This document shows, piece after piece, positions 10,236 to 20,409 of a stretch of 64,000 nt of DNA. Source of the DNA: a virus. The translations under genes and the position numbers were made by a program. Position 1 is the stretch's first letter. Every line of letters starts with the position of its first letter. The stretch is from the IMG/VR virus record IMGVR_UViG_3300035338_000016, positions 14,784 to 78,783 of that record; one strand, written 5' to 3'. The notes below the pieces were generated by a model that was given only the letters and a program-made list of their open reading frames with translations, was not told the DNA's origin and ran no database searches.

Positions 10236-12811
10236 ACCTCACTATCGTGAATTAAAGATTTACCCTTTGTATAGTTTCTACTTATAATTTCATATTGTGT
10301 AATAACGTCATATTCTTTATCAATATCGGCGGCTAAGATATTAATACCCTTATCATCTTTACCAATTATCTTTTGACCAAATATTTTCTCTGACTTAATA
10401 ACGTCAATTATATCTCCATCTTGTAGAGGTAAAATTTTATAAACCTCCTTCTTTACTTTTCTATATTGAATTTCACCTGATTTCATATTGTAAATAATAA
10501 TATTTGGTGCTATAACATCTCTGGTGTTTAACACAAACCAACGATTGTCATTCAACTCACCATCTATAAATCTAACTTCATTAAATTTTGATACTTGCAT
10601 AGCCATTATTTCATATGGATCAATGTGATTATTCTCAATAGTTTCAAATATTTCTAATAATGCTTTGTGGGAATCGAAGTTATTATAGGATTTTCCTGTT
10701 TTAGATAATTCAGAATTGTTTTTAATTATAGATTTGATGGAGTCATCAGATATTTTCTTGTCAAGATTAGTGACAGTGATTTTATCTTTTCCATATAATA
10801 AGTTAAAATAATCTCGAAACGTTAAAAGTTTTTGGGTTTTTCCATATGCTCCACAACAATCAGCAATGATATAACCTTCTAAAACTTTTTTAGTAATTTT
10901 ATTTTCTAAACATTTTTCCAAAAATTCATAGAAATTTTGACTTTCACACATGCACTTGAATAGAATCTCAGGAATTTCGTCTATTTTTTCAATGTCCTTC
11001 TCCGTGAATTGTCTAATTCTTTCTTTAGCTGCATCTATGTAATACTGCCTATCAAGATATTCTGGAACTTCAACATTATTAATGTCATCGTTGTTTATAA
11101 AACATTTATCTGGTGTGTAAGCTACTTTCTCAAAACTTTTTTGTCCTTTTTCAATCTTTACTTTGTAAATACCTTTGTCTTCTGATCTGTTTGAAGCGAA
11201 TACTCTATGTACTTTTTCTTTTAATGGCGTTCCATCTTCCACAAAAATTTTATCTTTGCCATCCACTTTTACTTTCTTACCTTCACCATATACTACCCCT
11301 TTGTACAAGGCTGTAAGCTTAATTACTTTTTGAAATTCAATCAATTTATCAGCTTGATTTATAGTATCTTCCACGGGGATGTCATGAACAAAATAATTAA
11401 CTAATGCTTTGTTTAGTATTGGAAGATCATAGTCAATTTCTGATAATTCTTTTACATATGCTCCCTTACATTTATAATGTCTATCTTCTAAGTCAATCAA
11501 AAGATAATTATTTACATCTTTTTGAACTAATCTGCCGTGTTTGTAAACATCAAACTCCAACTCTAATTTTGTTCTATTTTCCCATTCTTTAGATATAGCT
11601 TTAACTTTATCTACATCTTCCATAGTTTTGACTCTAACATAAATGCCATCTGTATTTATCTGTAAGATTTCACACATATCTTCTAATCGAGCAGCTAATT
11701 CAGTTAAATATAGTTGACCTGCAATACACACATTGTTACTCTGTACTGGATCATAGCATGGAGAGTTTCTATCTTTTAAAATTCCATAGGTACTATTAAT
11801 TACGATTTTTAATGGTTGTTGTCTTTTGTCTTTTATCTTTTTTAATTCTAATCGTCTGTCTCTCATGTTCTCAAAGTCTTTAGGATTTTTAAGTTTTCTA
11901 CTAGAAAAGCCTTCGTTAATCATTAAAGATGGATATAGACTAGCAACATCGGCTGCTACTAAAATTCCTTCAAAAATTTCATTATCTTTACTACCATGTA
12001 ATCCCCCATAACCATATACGCAAGGAACTCCCCCTACTTTAGTAATTAACTGACGTGTACTGTTACTATCAACTTCTGTTTTTAATGGTAATTTATAACT
12101 TTTATTCTCAGGTTTTAAGTACCAATCAACAATATATTGGTATTTTTCTGGCATTCTTAAATTAGAAGGTATGGTAATTTCAAACTCATCGTCAATTGTA
12201 TGTTGTTCAATTGCTCCTAATATAGTAGCTGCTAATTGGGCTTTTGTTTTATTGAACATTTCCATATCTAAGTTAAACATTGAAATCATATCTAATTGAG
12301 CTTCAAATTCTTTAATTGTAGAATCCAAAGTTTTCAATGTTTCTTTTACGTCATGTATGTTATATTCTTTAATTTGACGAATTTCGTCTCCTGTCAATTT
12401 ACGTTCAATATCAAATGGAACATCTGTTTCTTTGATCATATCTCCCATAAAGGCTTCAAGCTGTTTCAAAGACTTATCTTTAAGGATTACATCATAATTA
12501 TTTAAATGATATTTCTTAGCATTTTTTACAACTTGAAATCCTTTTTTCCCACTCATGATTAATTCATCATTTATGTAAGATGGATTCATACCATCTAAAA
12601 TTCCTTTGAATAAAAATTGATCATACTGTCTACTGTTATATCCTACAAAAATAGCATCTTTATGTTGATTGTAAAAATCTATTAATTCTTGTCTATTGTT
12701 GATGATGGTAATTGGATTTTCTCTATCTTCTCTATCAATAAATGTTACGCACCACCAATTTATTTTAGAAAACACTTCAAAATCATATCCATAAATCTTT
12801 CTATCAAAAAT
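10232..12811 (-). CDS. Family-B DNA polymerase with a C-terminal DnaE-like extension; probable ATT start at 12811
   Basis: Motifs DVASLYPS, KIVINSTYG and NTDG. ExoI YDFEV lies in frame upstream of the tracked GTG (12775). AGGAGG lies 8 nt before ATT. Confidence 0.85.
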   Translation of the reverse strand: MFDRKIYGYDFEVFSKINWWCVTFIDREDRENPITIINNRQELIDFYNQHKDAIFVGYNSRQYDQFLFKGILDGMNPSYINDELIMSGKKGFQVVKNAKKYHLNNYDVILKDKSLKQLEAFMGDMIKETDVPFDIERKLTGDEIRQIKEYNIHDVKETLKTLDSTIKEFEAQLDMISMFNLDMEMFNKTKAQLAATILGAIEQHTIDDEFEITIPSNLRMPEKYQYIVDWYLKPENKSYKLPLKTEVDSNSTRQLITKVGGVPCVYGYGGLHGSKDNEIFEGILVAADVASLYPSLMINEGFSSRKLKNPKDFENMRDRRLELKKIKDKRQQPLKIVINSTYGILKDRNSPCYDPVQSNNVCIAGQLYLTELAARLEDMCEILQINTDGIYVRVKTMEDVDKVKAISKEWENRTKLELEFDVYKHGRLVQKDVNNYLLIDLEDRHYKCKGAYVKELSEIDYDLPILNKALVNYFVHDIPVEDTINQADKLIEFQKVIKLTALYKGVVYGEGKKVKVDGKDKIFVEDGTPLKEKVHRVFASNRSEDKGIYKVKIEKGQKSFEKVAYTPDKCFINNDDINNVEVPEYLDRQYYIDAAKERIRQFTEKDIEKIDEIPEILFKCMCESQNFYEFLEKCLENKITKKVLEGYIIADCCGAYGKTQKLLTFRDYFNLLYGKDKITVTNLDKKISDDSIKSIIKNNSELSKTGKSYNNFDSHKALLEIFETIENNHIDPYEIMAMQVSKFNEVRFIDGELNDNRWFVLNTRDVIAPNIIIYNMKSGEIQYRKVKKEVYKILPLQDGDIIDVIKSEKIFGQKIIGKDDKGINILAADIDKEYDVITQYEIISRNYTKGKSLIHDSEV

Positions 12812-12829
12812 AAGAGTGACCTCCTTCTT

Positions 12830-14569
12830 TTAAATTCCAAAACCTTGTACTACACTACTTTTTTTGAAAATCCAATCTTCAACTAATATTTGTGAACACT
12901 TATTATTTTTCATATCAATTGAAAATTTCCCTACAATATCAAACTCAATGTTATCTCCACATTCTAATATCTCTTTGTATAAAGCCATTAATGAACTTCC
13001 TTTTGTTTGTTTTACAAATTTTATATTATGGTAGATAAATTCGATTCTATTTTGCTTAGCTCCAATTAGATGTAAATTATATTTATTGCAAGAAACCCCT
13101 TTAATTAAAAACAATGGTTCACTTACGGTGCTCCCCCACACATGATGATATTTAGCTACATTTTTTATGACTTGGTCATGCAATAAATTAGCATCATAAC
13201 TGTTATAAACGTGATATGTTGGCTCATCTATTTTTTCCATAGTAGATAATAATGAAAATAATTTATTTGTATTTTCAAATGGTATCTCACAACCAAACGC
13301 ACCCTCATGACCTTCTACTTTTGTAAATAATCCTGTGTTTTTACACCAGTCATTGAAGTTTACAATTTCACATTTATCATTACCTCTTCCACTACCTTTG
13401 CAAACATCACCTTTTCTTCTCATTAATAAACACGGTCGTTGATACTGATCTGCTAACCTATTTGCAATTAAACCAGTGAAATTACCATCTACGTTATCTC
13501 TTGCGTTACAAACTAAAATTGGAAGCTTATCTAATTCAAACTTAATTATTTCTTCTGATAATACTTCTGCACTTTCTTGTGTTATTTTTTTCTGTTTTCT
13601 ATTTGAAGATTCACAAGATTTCAAAACGTATTCTTGGATAGTCATATTGACAATGCCTTTTCCTTTTACTTTTCTTTCCTTCATTTCATCTGAATTACAC
13701 AAAGCTTCAAACATAAAACATTTTTCTTCGTATTCTCCCAATCGTATTAATGAATTAATCAATGGGCATACATAAAACCCAATACCATTTATTGTTACTT
13801 GGTTATTCATTGAATACATTTGAGCATCTACCAGAACCTTGATTAATTTATTTCTTCCTGTTTTATTAGACATTTGACGCAAACCTTCAAGAACTAAATA
13901 CCTAGTTTGTAAATTTAATAAATCTGCTCTATCTCCAATCATCCCTAAAGCTACTAAATCTAGGTAATCATCGGCATAATTTACGTTGTAATGTTTATCT
14001 AATACTTTAGCAAATTTATATACGATTCCTACTCCGGTCATTGCTTTATCAGTTACTTTACTCGACAACTGATTATTTACAACTGTCGCAGTATTCCCCT
14101 CATTTGAAATCAAATGATGATCTAAGACGATTATATTTTTTCCTTTTGCTATTAATCTGTTACATTCTTTTACATCACCAGAGCCGGCATCTGGAACAAT
14201 TATTAATTTTGCGTCATCTTCTTCCATAAAATCTACAACATCAACCAATCCATGTTCTTTCCCTTTATGTATATAACATCTAATTTCTACTGTTGGTTTG
14301 ATTCTTTTTATGTATTGATACATTAATGCGGCTGATGTATAACCATCGCAGTCACAATCTACTAAAATATCAATAGTATGGTTGCTATCAATATGTGAAA
14401 TTAAAATGTCTCTTGCTTTCTCAATGTTGTCTAATAGTAATTCGCTTTCTGTATTCTTAACTGTTGGATTAAGGAAGGAGTTAATATCTTTAATCCCTTT
14501 CAATCTCAAAATATCTTCTAATTCTGAGCCAAATCTAACAGTACCAAGTAATTCATATTTGAAACCCAT
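12830..14569 (-). CDS. RecJ-like DHH/DHHA1 ssDNA exonuclease (SPbeta YorK-like)
   Basis: DCDCDGYTS, LDHH, DLVALGMIGD, GSGRG and GHEGAFG motifs. Confidence 0.92.
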   Translation of the reverse strand: MGFKYELLGTVRFGSELEDILRLKGIKDINSFLNPTVKNTESELLLDNIEKARDILISHIDSNHTIDILVDCDCDGYTSAALMYQYIKRIKPTVEIRCYIHKGKEHGLVDVVDFMEEDDAKLIIVPDAGSGDVKECNRLIAKGKNIIVLDHHLISNEGNTATVVNNQLSSKVTDKAMTGVGIVYKFAKVLDKHYNVNYADDYLDLVALGMIGDRADLLNLQTRYLVLEGLRQMSNKTGRNKLIKVLVDAQMYSMNNQVTINGIGFYVCPLINSLIRLGEYEEKCFMFEALCNSDEMKERKVKGKGIVNMTIQEYVLKSCESSNRKQKKITQESAEVLSEEIIKFELDKLPILVCNARDNVDGNFTGLIANRLADQYQRPCLLMRRKGDVCKGSGRGNDKCEIVNFNDWCKNTGLFTKVEGHEGAFGCEIPFENTNKLFSLLSTMEKIDEPTYHVYNSYDANLLHDQVIKNVAKYHHVWGSTVSEPLFLIKGVSCNKYNLHLIGAKQNRIEFIYHNIKFVKQTKGSSLMALYKEILECGDNIEFDIVGKFSIDMKNNKCSQILVEDWIFKKSSVVQGFGI

Positions 14570-14584
14570 TTTTACTCCTTCCTA

Positions 14585-15664
14585 TCATCCATTTGTACCA
14601 ACGTATATTTTTTGTTCCATTAATTTAAGCAAAATATCTTTCCCCATATCGGTAGGAGATGCTTTGTATGGTAATAAATTTCCTGAATCCCATAGCACAG
14701 AAACTCTTACGAATGGACTTAATTTATCAATTATTTTTTCTTTTATGTGAGTTGCCCATTTTTTACATTCATCTGAATCTAAAGATTGATATTGTTTATC
14801 AAGAGCAACTATAACTTCCCTTACACCTAACATTAATATCATTCCTTTTTGAAAATCGGTTAAATTACTTCCACATAAAGCAACTGTAAAATTATCATCT
14901 CCAAACATAGTATCTGTTTGAAATACTGATTTTTCAGCTTCCACTAACATAATTTTCTTTTTTTCTTGAATTGCCGTTAAGTTATGATTTAAGCCAAATA
15001 AATTTTGTCCTAACGAATGATTGTAAAATTGTTTTCCTACTTTAAACGGTGTATATTTGCCAAAAAGTTCAATTTCTTCCTCTATCAAGGATCTTCCTCT
15101 TACTCCAATCAATTGATTATTTATGTCAAAGTGAGGAATTATTATTTTTTGTTGCCATGTGGAATATAAAATTTTGTACTTTTTCATTGTTTCAATTGAA
15201 ATACCTTCGTTAATCCAATCTTCCACATATAACTTTTGAAAAATTCTTAATATAGATTCATTGTATAAAATTAATGGTTTTGTTGTTTTTTCTTTTTTTG
15301 TGTTTCGTTTATACTTTCTAATAAAATCCCAATCTGATATTTGTTCCTGTTTACCAAATCCATATTCACAATTATCAATATTTAATTTTATACAAATCCA
15401 ATTAATAGCTTTTGGGAGTTCTGTAGGTTCATACCCTTTATATCCCATTACTACACCGATAACATCTAATTGTCCACATTCCGAATAGCAATGGAAAGAT
15501 TGAGAGTCTTTATAGTAATATAACTTGGGTTTTAATCCATGATGACATACTGTATCAGTTATCCATTGATCATCATCTTCATAATAGAAGGTTGCCCCCA
15601 TCTCTAATAACAATTTTCTTACGTCATCTTCAGAAAGCTTTTCTTTCAATTCTTGGGCGGTCAT
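14585..15664 (-). CDS. DNA primase (Zn-binding plus TOPRIM; YorJ-like)
   Basis: TVCHH...KLYYY...FHCYSECG zinc domain, IIIPHFD, LVEAEKS, IVALDK. Confidence 0.9.
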   Translation of the reverse strand: MTAQELKEKLSEDDVRKLLLEMGATFYYEDDDQWITDTVCHHGLKPKLYYYKDSQSFHCYSECGQLDVIGVVMGYKGYEPTELPKAINWICIKLNIDNCEYGFGKQEQISDWDFIRKYKRNTKKEKTTKPLILYNESILRIFQKLYVEDWINEGISIETMKKYKILYSTWQQKIIIPHFDINNQLIGVRGRSLIEEEIELFGKYTPFKVGKQFYNHSLGQNLFGLNHNLTAIQEKKKIMLVEAEKSVFQTDTMFGDDNFTVALCGSNLTDFQKGMILMLGVREVIVALDKQYQSLDSDECKKWATHIKEKIIDKLSPFVRVSVLWDSGNLLPYKASPTDMGKDILLKLMEQKIYVGTNG

Positions 15665-15675
15665 TTTACACCTCC

Positions 15676-17295
15676 CTACTTAGACAATTCCATTGCTAAA
15701 TCTGCCCCTGATATTTCTAAACTATCATCTTCAATCATTCCTACGTTTCCTACATCATCAATTTGAAATTCAATAATAGTTTTCTCAATGTTGGTAATCA
15801 ACTCAAAGTTATAATCTGTGACAAAACAATCAACTTCTCTCATCGTACCCAAATTAATTTTTGTCCATACGATAATAGTTTTCCATTTACCACCACGATT
15901 TTTAAATATGTAATAAGCCATGTTAGGAACTAACGAACCAAAGTTTCCACTAGATTCTAATATAGGTTTCAACTTTTTTAAATCTTTCTGTGTCACTGGT
16001 AAAGCTAAAACACCATAATCAGCTTTCTCTATGATTGCAGTAGCTCCTTTTAATGCACTAGCATCCTTATTACCATCATCTTTGTATGTATTATTTAACT
16101 GTGTAGACGAACCCAAATAAATATCATACTTATTAGCTGTTCTTTTTAAAGCACAACTAAACAAAAATAAAATTTGATGTGTTGCTAGTTTAACCTTTGT
16201 CTTTTCGTAGTAATATCTATACAATTCTGGGCTATCGTTGATATAATCAAAGAAAGCATATTTAATATTTTGATTGATTACATATTTCTCAATGGTTTCA
16301 TTGATACTATCAATTGTAAAATCAGGCAAGTATTCACCAAATAACAATGAACTTTTCATTATTAATGCTGCTTCACTTAAAACTCTGTCTTCTTCTTCTG
16401 TAATTTCATTCCATTCTTCGATACGATCTTGTTCAATACCACTTATATGAGCCAACAAACAATCCTGAATTTCTTCTTTAGTCAACTCTGTAGATATAAA
16501 TAACACTGGTTCTTTTTCACCAGTAGATATCCATTTGTGGTTTTTCCAATCATACATTCTATCACTAGCTATATTGGCTGCCTCTGCCATCGAATTTCTC
16601 GATTTTCCGCCCCCCGAAATAGAACTTCGTATGAAGAATTTTTTACTTCTCATACCTCTAAATATGGTAGTCATGTATCCAGATTGAAAAGGATATCCAT
16701 ATACATTTTCTTGTTTTCTATGCTCCTCTAATCTATCTTCAATTCCATCACCTATATGAAAAGCATAATTGTCTCCAAATGAATTTTTCCAAGTTGTTTT
16801 AAAATTAATGAATCTATTATTAAATTCTCCTAAAACCTCTTCACTGGTCAATTCATTGAATATTGCTAGTTTAGTTTCATCTGATTCATCATAAATAAAA
16901 CTAATATCCCATTTTAGAAAATCTGAAGCATTTCTGATGATTGAATATTTTCTAACATCATCATAATACTTGCCAACATTCATTGTTTTATCTGATGCCA
17001 TCTTTACAGATTCTTCTATGTACTCCCAGCCATTGTTATTTTTCCAAAGGGAATTTGCTGTTTCAAATTGAGAAATTTCATTTTCTATATCAAGAGGTGT
17101 TATCTTTTCGACTTTCCCTTTTTTTGCTATATTTACGATTGCTCCCCAAATCATCTTGTGAAAATTTTCAGGATAATCATCTACATTGGTTTTATATTTC
17201 TCATCCATGACGAGTCTTGGGTTAATACAATAACACCCAAATAACAAAAATATTGCTTTCTTATCTACTTGTTCACTAAAATTAATGAGTGTCAC
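15676..17295 (-). CDS. DnaB-like replicative helicase (YorI-like)
   Basis: Walker A SISGGGKS, FISTEL, FFDYI, STQLN, IFKNRGG. Confidence 0.88.
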   Translation of the reverse strand: MTLINFSEQVDKKAIFLLFGCYCINPRLVMDEKYKTNVDDYPENFHKMIWGAIVNIAKKGKVEKITPLDIENEISQFETANSLWKNNNGWEYIEESVKMASDKTMNVGKYYDDVRKYSIIRNASDFLKWDISFIYDESDETKLAIFNELTSEEVLGEFNNRFINFKTTWKNSFGDNYAFHIGDGIEDRLEEHRKQENVYGYPFQSGYMTTIFRGMRSKKFFIRSSISGGGKSRNSMAEAANIASDRMYDWKNHKWISTGEKEPVLFISTELTKEEIQDCLLAHISGIEQDRIEEWNEITEEEDRVLSEAALIMKSSLLFGEYLPDFTIDSINETIEKYVINQNIKYAFFDYINDSPELYRYYYEKTKVKLATHQILFLFSCALKRTANKYDIYLGSSTQLNNTYKDDGNKDASALKGATAIIEKADYGVLALPVTQKDLKKLKPILESSGNFGSLVPNMAYYIFKNRGGKWKTIIVWTKINLGTMREVDCFVTDYNFELITNIEKTIIEFQIDDVGNVGMIEDDSLEISGADLAMELSK

Positions 17296-17788
17296 CGTCC
17301 TCTAATAAATTTTCCAAATTAATCAGAGATGAATTAGTATTGTTTAAATTGCTATTACTTTTACGTTTAACTACTTTAGTTTTTATTTCTACATTTTCTA
17401 ATTGCATCATTTGATTTTTTATTTTTTCTTGGTCAGTGTAAAAACTTTTAGCTTCGTTATAGTAATGTTTAATCAAAGCTACTCCATATCTTTCAATGAA
17501 TTGTTTACTTAATATTTCTTTTGCGTACCACAGTGTATATGTCATAGCAGCATATGAGTAAGAATATTCATTTTTATATTCTTTTATTTGTTTCAACATC
17601 AAACCAGTCGGTCTTTCAATTTCATAATTAGTACAAATAAAATCAATTAAAGTCTTATACTCTTCTCCATCTCTATGTATTGAATCATAACAATCTTTAC
17701 AGTATGCTTTTGAAGAATGTACATACTTTTCATCAGGTTGCAATTTCTTACCACAACCTTTACAAGTTGCTAATCTACTCATAGTCAC
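17282..17788 (-). CDS. YorH-like Zn-finger protein (possible helicase loader)
   Basis: CKGC...YCKDC and PTGLMLKQIKEY segments; position between the ATPase and helicase genes as in SPbeta. Confidence 0.7.
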   Translation of the reverse strand: MTMSRLATCKGCGKKLQPDEKYVHSSKAYCKDCYDSIHRDGEEYKTLIDFICTNYEIERPTGLMLKQIKEYKNEYSYSYAAMTYTLWYAKEILSKQFIERYGVALIKHYYNEAKSFYTDQEKIKNQMMQLENVEIKTKVVKRKSNSNLNNTNSSLINLENLLEDGDTH

Positions 17789-17841
17789 CCACTTTTCAAA
17801 ATGAGTAGGAGGAAAACCCTCCTACTACATCAATTAATAAT

Positions 17842-18828
17842 TTACACTACTTTCAAATTAAATTTAGATACCAATTCTTCTAATTCCATTACAATTACTT
17901 TAGTTAGATCTAATTGTGTATCTCTTAAAGCATCAAACATCTTAACGTTGCCGTTATCATCTAATCCTAAATGCTTCTGAAGAACGGCTGTAGCTTCAGC
18001 TAAATGACCATTTGATGCTAATAACCCACCCAATTTAATTCCTTTAGCTTTTACTTCTTCAAAATTTTCAACTGGTGTAGTTTTATCAATAGTTTTTTCA
18101 TTTGTTGTAAAATCTCCACCTAAATCTTTAACTGCTTTAATCCAAGTATCTTTCAATTCTTTAACATTGATTTTTTCAGGAAGATTAAATGTGTCTTTAA
18201 GGTCAGGATACTTGGAAGACTTTTTGAATGTGATATATCTTTCTCCTTTTTCTTCCCATAAATAACCAACTAAATAAGCTGCTTCTCTACAATAAGAAAA
18301 TGTATTCTTATTTAATTTCAAACCGTCTGATTCTTTTTTAGTTTCAAAGTCTTTACTATGAGCAGACTGAGCAATTTCATGAACAGTATAACCAAGACTT
18401 TGAATAGTACCAATATGTCTCAATGACGCTCTGTATCGCTGAGTACCTTCACCAAATGCTCCTACATCTTTCAGGATTTCAGCATCTCTATTTTGAGTAA
18501 CATATCTCTCACAAAATTCTTCATATTTATCAAGAGTATCTACAATAATACAAGAGAACTTTTCTTTCAATGCGGGATTATTAAGCTGTCCAATCACAGA
18601 CATAAAATCTGACATTGTGTTAATTTTAGTTGCCATGATACCGGGGATGTTTTCAAATCTATTTTCAAATTCTAAAAAGAAAGGTTCTTTATTTGGTGTA
18701 AGTTCTTTCAAAAATTTCATCATAGTTGTTGTTTTACCAACACCTGTATCACCCATCCAAATCATTGAATACTGAGTTAAATCGACTGATACTTTATTTG
18801 GCTGTAAATCTAATAAATTTCCAATCAT
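17842..18828 (-). CDS. AAA-family ATPase (YorG/Sak4-like annealing protein)
   Basis: Walker A GDTGVGKTT, Walker B IIVDT. Confidence 0.8.
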   Translation of the reverse strand: MIGNLLDLQPNKVSVDLTQYSMIWMGDTGVGKTTTMMKFLKELTPNKEPFFLEFENRFENIPGIMATKINTMSDFMSVIGQLNNPALKEKFSCIIVDTLDKYEEFCERYVTQNRDAEILKDVGAFGEGTQRYRASLRHIGTIQSLGYTVHEIAQSAHSKDFETKKESDGLKLNKNTFSYCREAAYLVGYLWEEKGERYITFKKSSKYPDLKDTFNLPEKINVKELKDTWIKAVKDLGGDFTTNEKTIDKTTPVENFEEVKAKGIKLGGLLASNGHLAEATAVLQKHLGLDDNGNVKMFDALRDTQLDLTKVIVMELEELVSKFNLKVV

Positions 18829-18870
18829 TAATTAATCTCCTTTGTTGTTTATAGTTTTAATTTATAGTAA

Positions 18871-18896
18871 CCCTATCTGAAATCAATCAGATAGGG
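18871..18896. terminator. 10-bp-stem hairpin between the SSB-like and ATPase genes
   Basis: CCCTATCTGA-AATCAA-TCAGATAGGG. Confidence 0.5.
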
Positions 18897-18920
18897 GGGT
18901 AAATCACTATTACATTGATC

Positions 18921-19877
18921 TTACTTTTGTGCGAATGGATTATATCCTACTGTTGGTGCAGGTGTAGATTTATCAGGTGTAAATGGAGCATCATCAGATG
19001 CAGCTTTTCCACTCATTACTTCTGCTAACTTAGCTTTTCTTTTAGCATTTAACGCATCTACAATTTCCTGAGTCAATTCGTGTTCAAAAATTGTCGATGG
19101 TGTAGTACCAGACTTAATCTCATTTTTTCTTATGTAAGCTTTAACTTCTTTTTCAATATCTGAACCAAATGCTGCTTTTTCAACTACTTTTGTTTTTTCT
19201 ACTGAATTAATAACAGCCCCTACAAATTTAGTAAAACAACCATCATAGTAGCCTGCACTTCTGAATGGGGTAGCCATTTCTTTGTCTACGATCATTCTGA
19301 TAGGAATTAAAGAATCAGCTTCATATTTTGCATCCTTACCAAAACCATCTGCCGTTTGTCTAATCGCCATCATTTTTACTACTAAATTACCAGTTGGAAT
19401 ATCTTTTACGATTTCATCTTTGATAGATTCAATGATACCTTCTACTTCAAATTTCGCTTCTAATACTGTTGAATCATAATCTTTTGGTTCAATTTTGTTG
19501 ATGAATTTAGCTGAAAGCTTATTGATCGTACTTACCTTACTATCTTTGTTCTTATAATCTTCTACTGTGAAATAACCATCTGTAATAGAAATTACATCAG
19601 GTCTTTCCCCTTCCGCACAATGTTCCATGTCTTTTAAATTTTCCATAGCGTCTTTATATTTCTTGTAGAAATAACCTTCTTCGCTAGTAAAGTTTTTATT
19701 TTCATCTTTCTTGTACTTATTAGCAAAGAAATGAATTTCGTGTTCACTACCATCGGCAGTTCTCAACACCAAACTACCACCAATAGCTTCATTGCCATCT
19801 TTTTTTGTTACAAATTCTTCTAAATTCTTTTTTACTAATTCACCAGTTACACTTACTACATTTTTCAATTCTTTCAT
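18921..19877 (-). CDS. YorF-like putative ssDNA-binding protein
   Basis: Beta-rich OB-like repeats, low-complexity tail ending in NPF motif; first gene of the replisome operon. Confidence 0.6.
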   Translation of the reverse strand: MKELKNVVSVTGELVKKNLEEFVTKKDGNEAIGGSLVLRTADGSEHEIHFFANKYKKDENKNFTSEEGYFYKKYKDAMENLKDMEHCAEGERPDVISITDGYFTVEDYKNKDSKVSTINKLSAKFINKIEPKDYDSTVLEAKFEVEGIIESIKDEIVKDIPTGNLVVKMMAIRQTADGFGKDAKYEADSLIPIRMIVDKEMATPFRSAGYYDGCFTKFVGAVINSVEKTKVVEKAAFGSDIEKEVKAYIRKNEIKSGTTPSTIFEHELTQEIVDALNAKRKAKLAEVMSGKAASDDAPFTPDKSTPAPTVGYNPFAQK

Positions 19878-20044
19878 AAATTCTTCTGTCTCCTTTTAAT
19901 TAAATAGTTTATAGGTTGATAGTTTTTATATATTGACAGCTATTATCAGCCGAAATATAACTTTATTGCATATTCTTACTTCTCTATTTATTACACTTTC
20001 ATACATCACTCAATCACCGAATTATATTATTAAAGCGTAAATTT

Positions 20045-20080
20045 GAAAAAAATATAAAAGAGTATATAATTTAACTCTTT
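20045..20080 (-). terminator. Intrinsic terminator upstream of the replisome operon
   Basis: AAAGAGT...ACTCTTT stem followed by a U-rich tract on the minus strand. Confidence 0.55.
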
Positions 20081-20154
20081 CTAATCCGATGAAAGTTTTA
20101 TTTCTTGGGAAATTATTACACTAGGAAGCCTTATTCTATAAGGGTTTGCAAGTT

Positions 20155-20391
20155 TCATTTTCTATTTGCTCCGATTTCATTATGTAGGTTTTCAACTTCT
20201 TGTCTGATTTCACTTAATTTTTCAATAATATAATCATATTCTTTATTGAATTGCTCAAGATTTTCTTTACAATTATTCTCATCCACATAGTCTGGATTTT
20301 GTACAACACCTGCCAACATATTCAAATTAGCTATTAAACTTTTGATTTTGTAAAACGCTACTTCTGACTTTTCTCTATCTAAAGTTATTAT
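20155..20391 (-). CDS. 78-aa hypothetical protein with probable ATA start
   Basis: AAAGGAGG SD followed by ATA ATA ACT; frame open to TGA at 20155; not in track. Confidence 0.55.
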   Translation of the reverse strand: MITLDREKSEVAFYKIKSLIANLNMLAGVVQNPDYVDENNCKENLEQFNKEYDYIIEKLSEIRQEVENLHNEIGANRK

Positions 20392-20409
20392 TCTCGCCTC
20401 CTTTAAGAC

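Noticed and set aside
12776-12832. RecJ-polymerase read-through fusion (same frame, single TAA)
   Set aside because: TAA is the least leaky stop and a strong SD with ATT sits between the genes; separate initiation is simpler
20111-20147. dif-like site (CTAGGAAG resembles the B. subtilis dif arm)
   Set aside because: The second arm does not match TTATGTAAACT and the spacing is wrong
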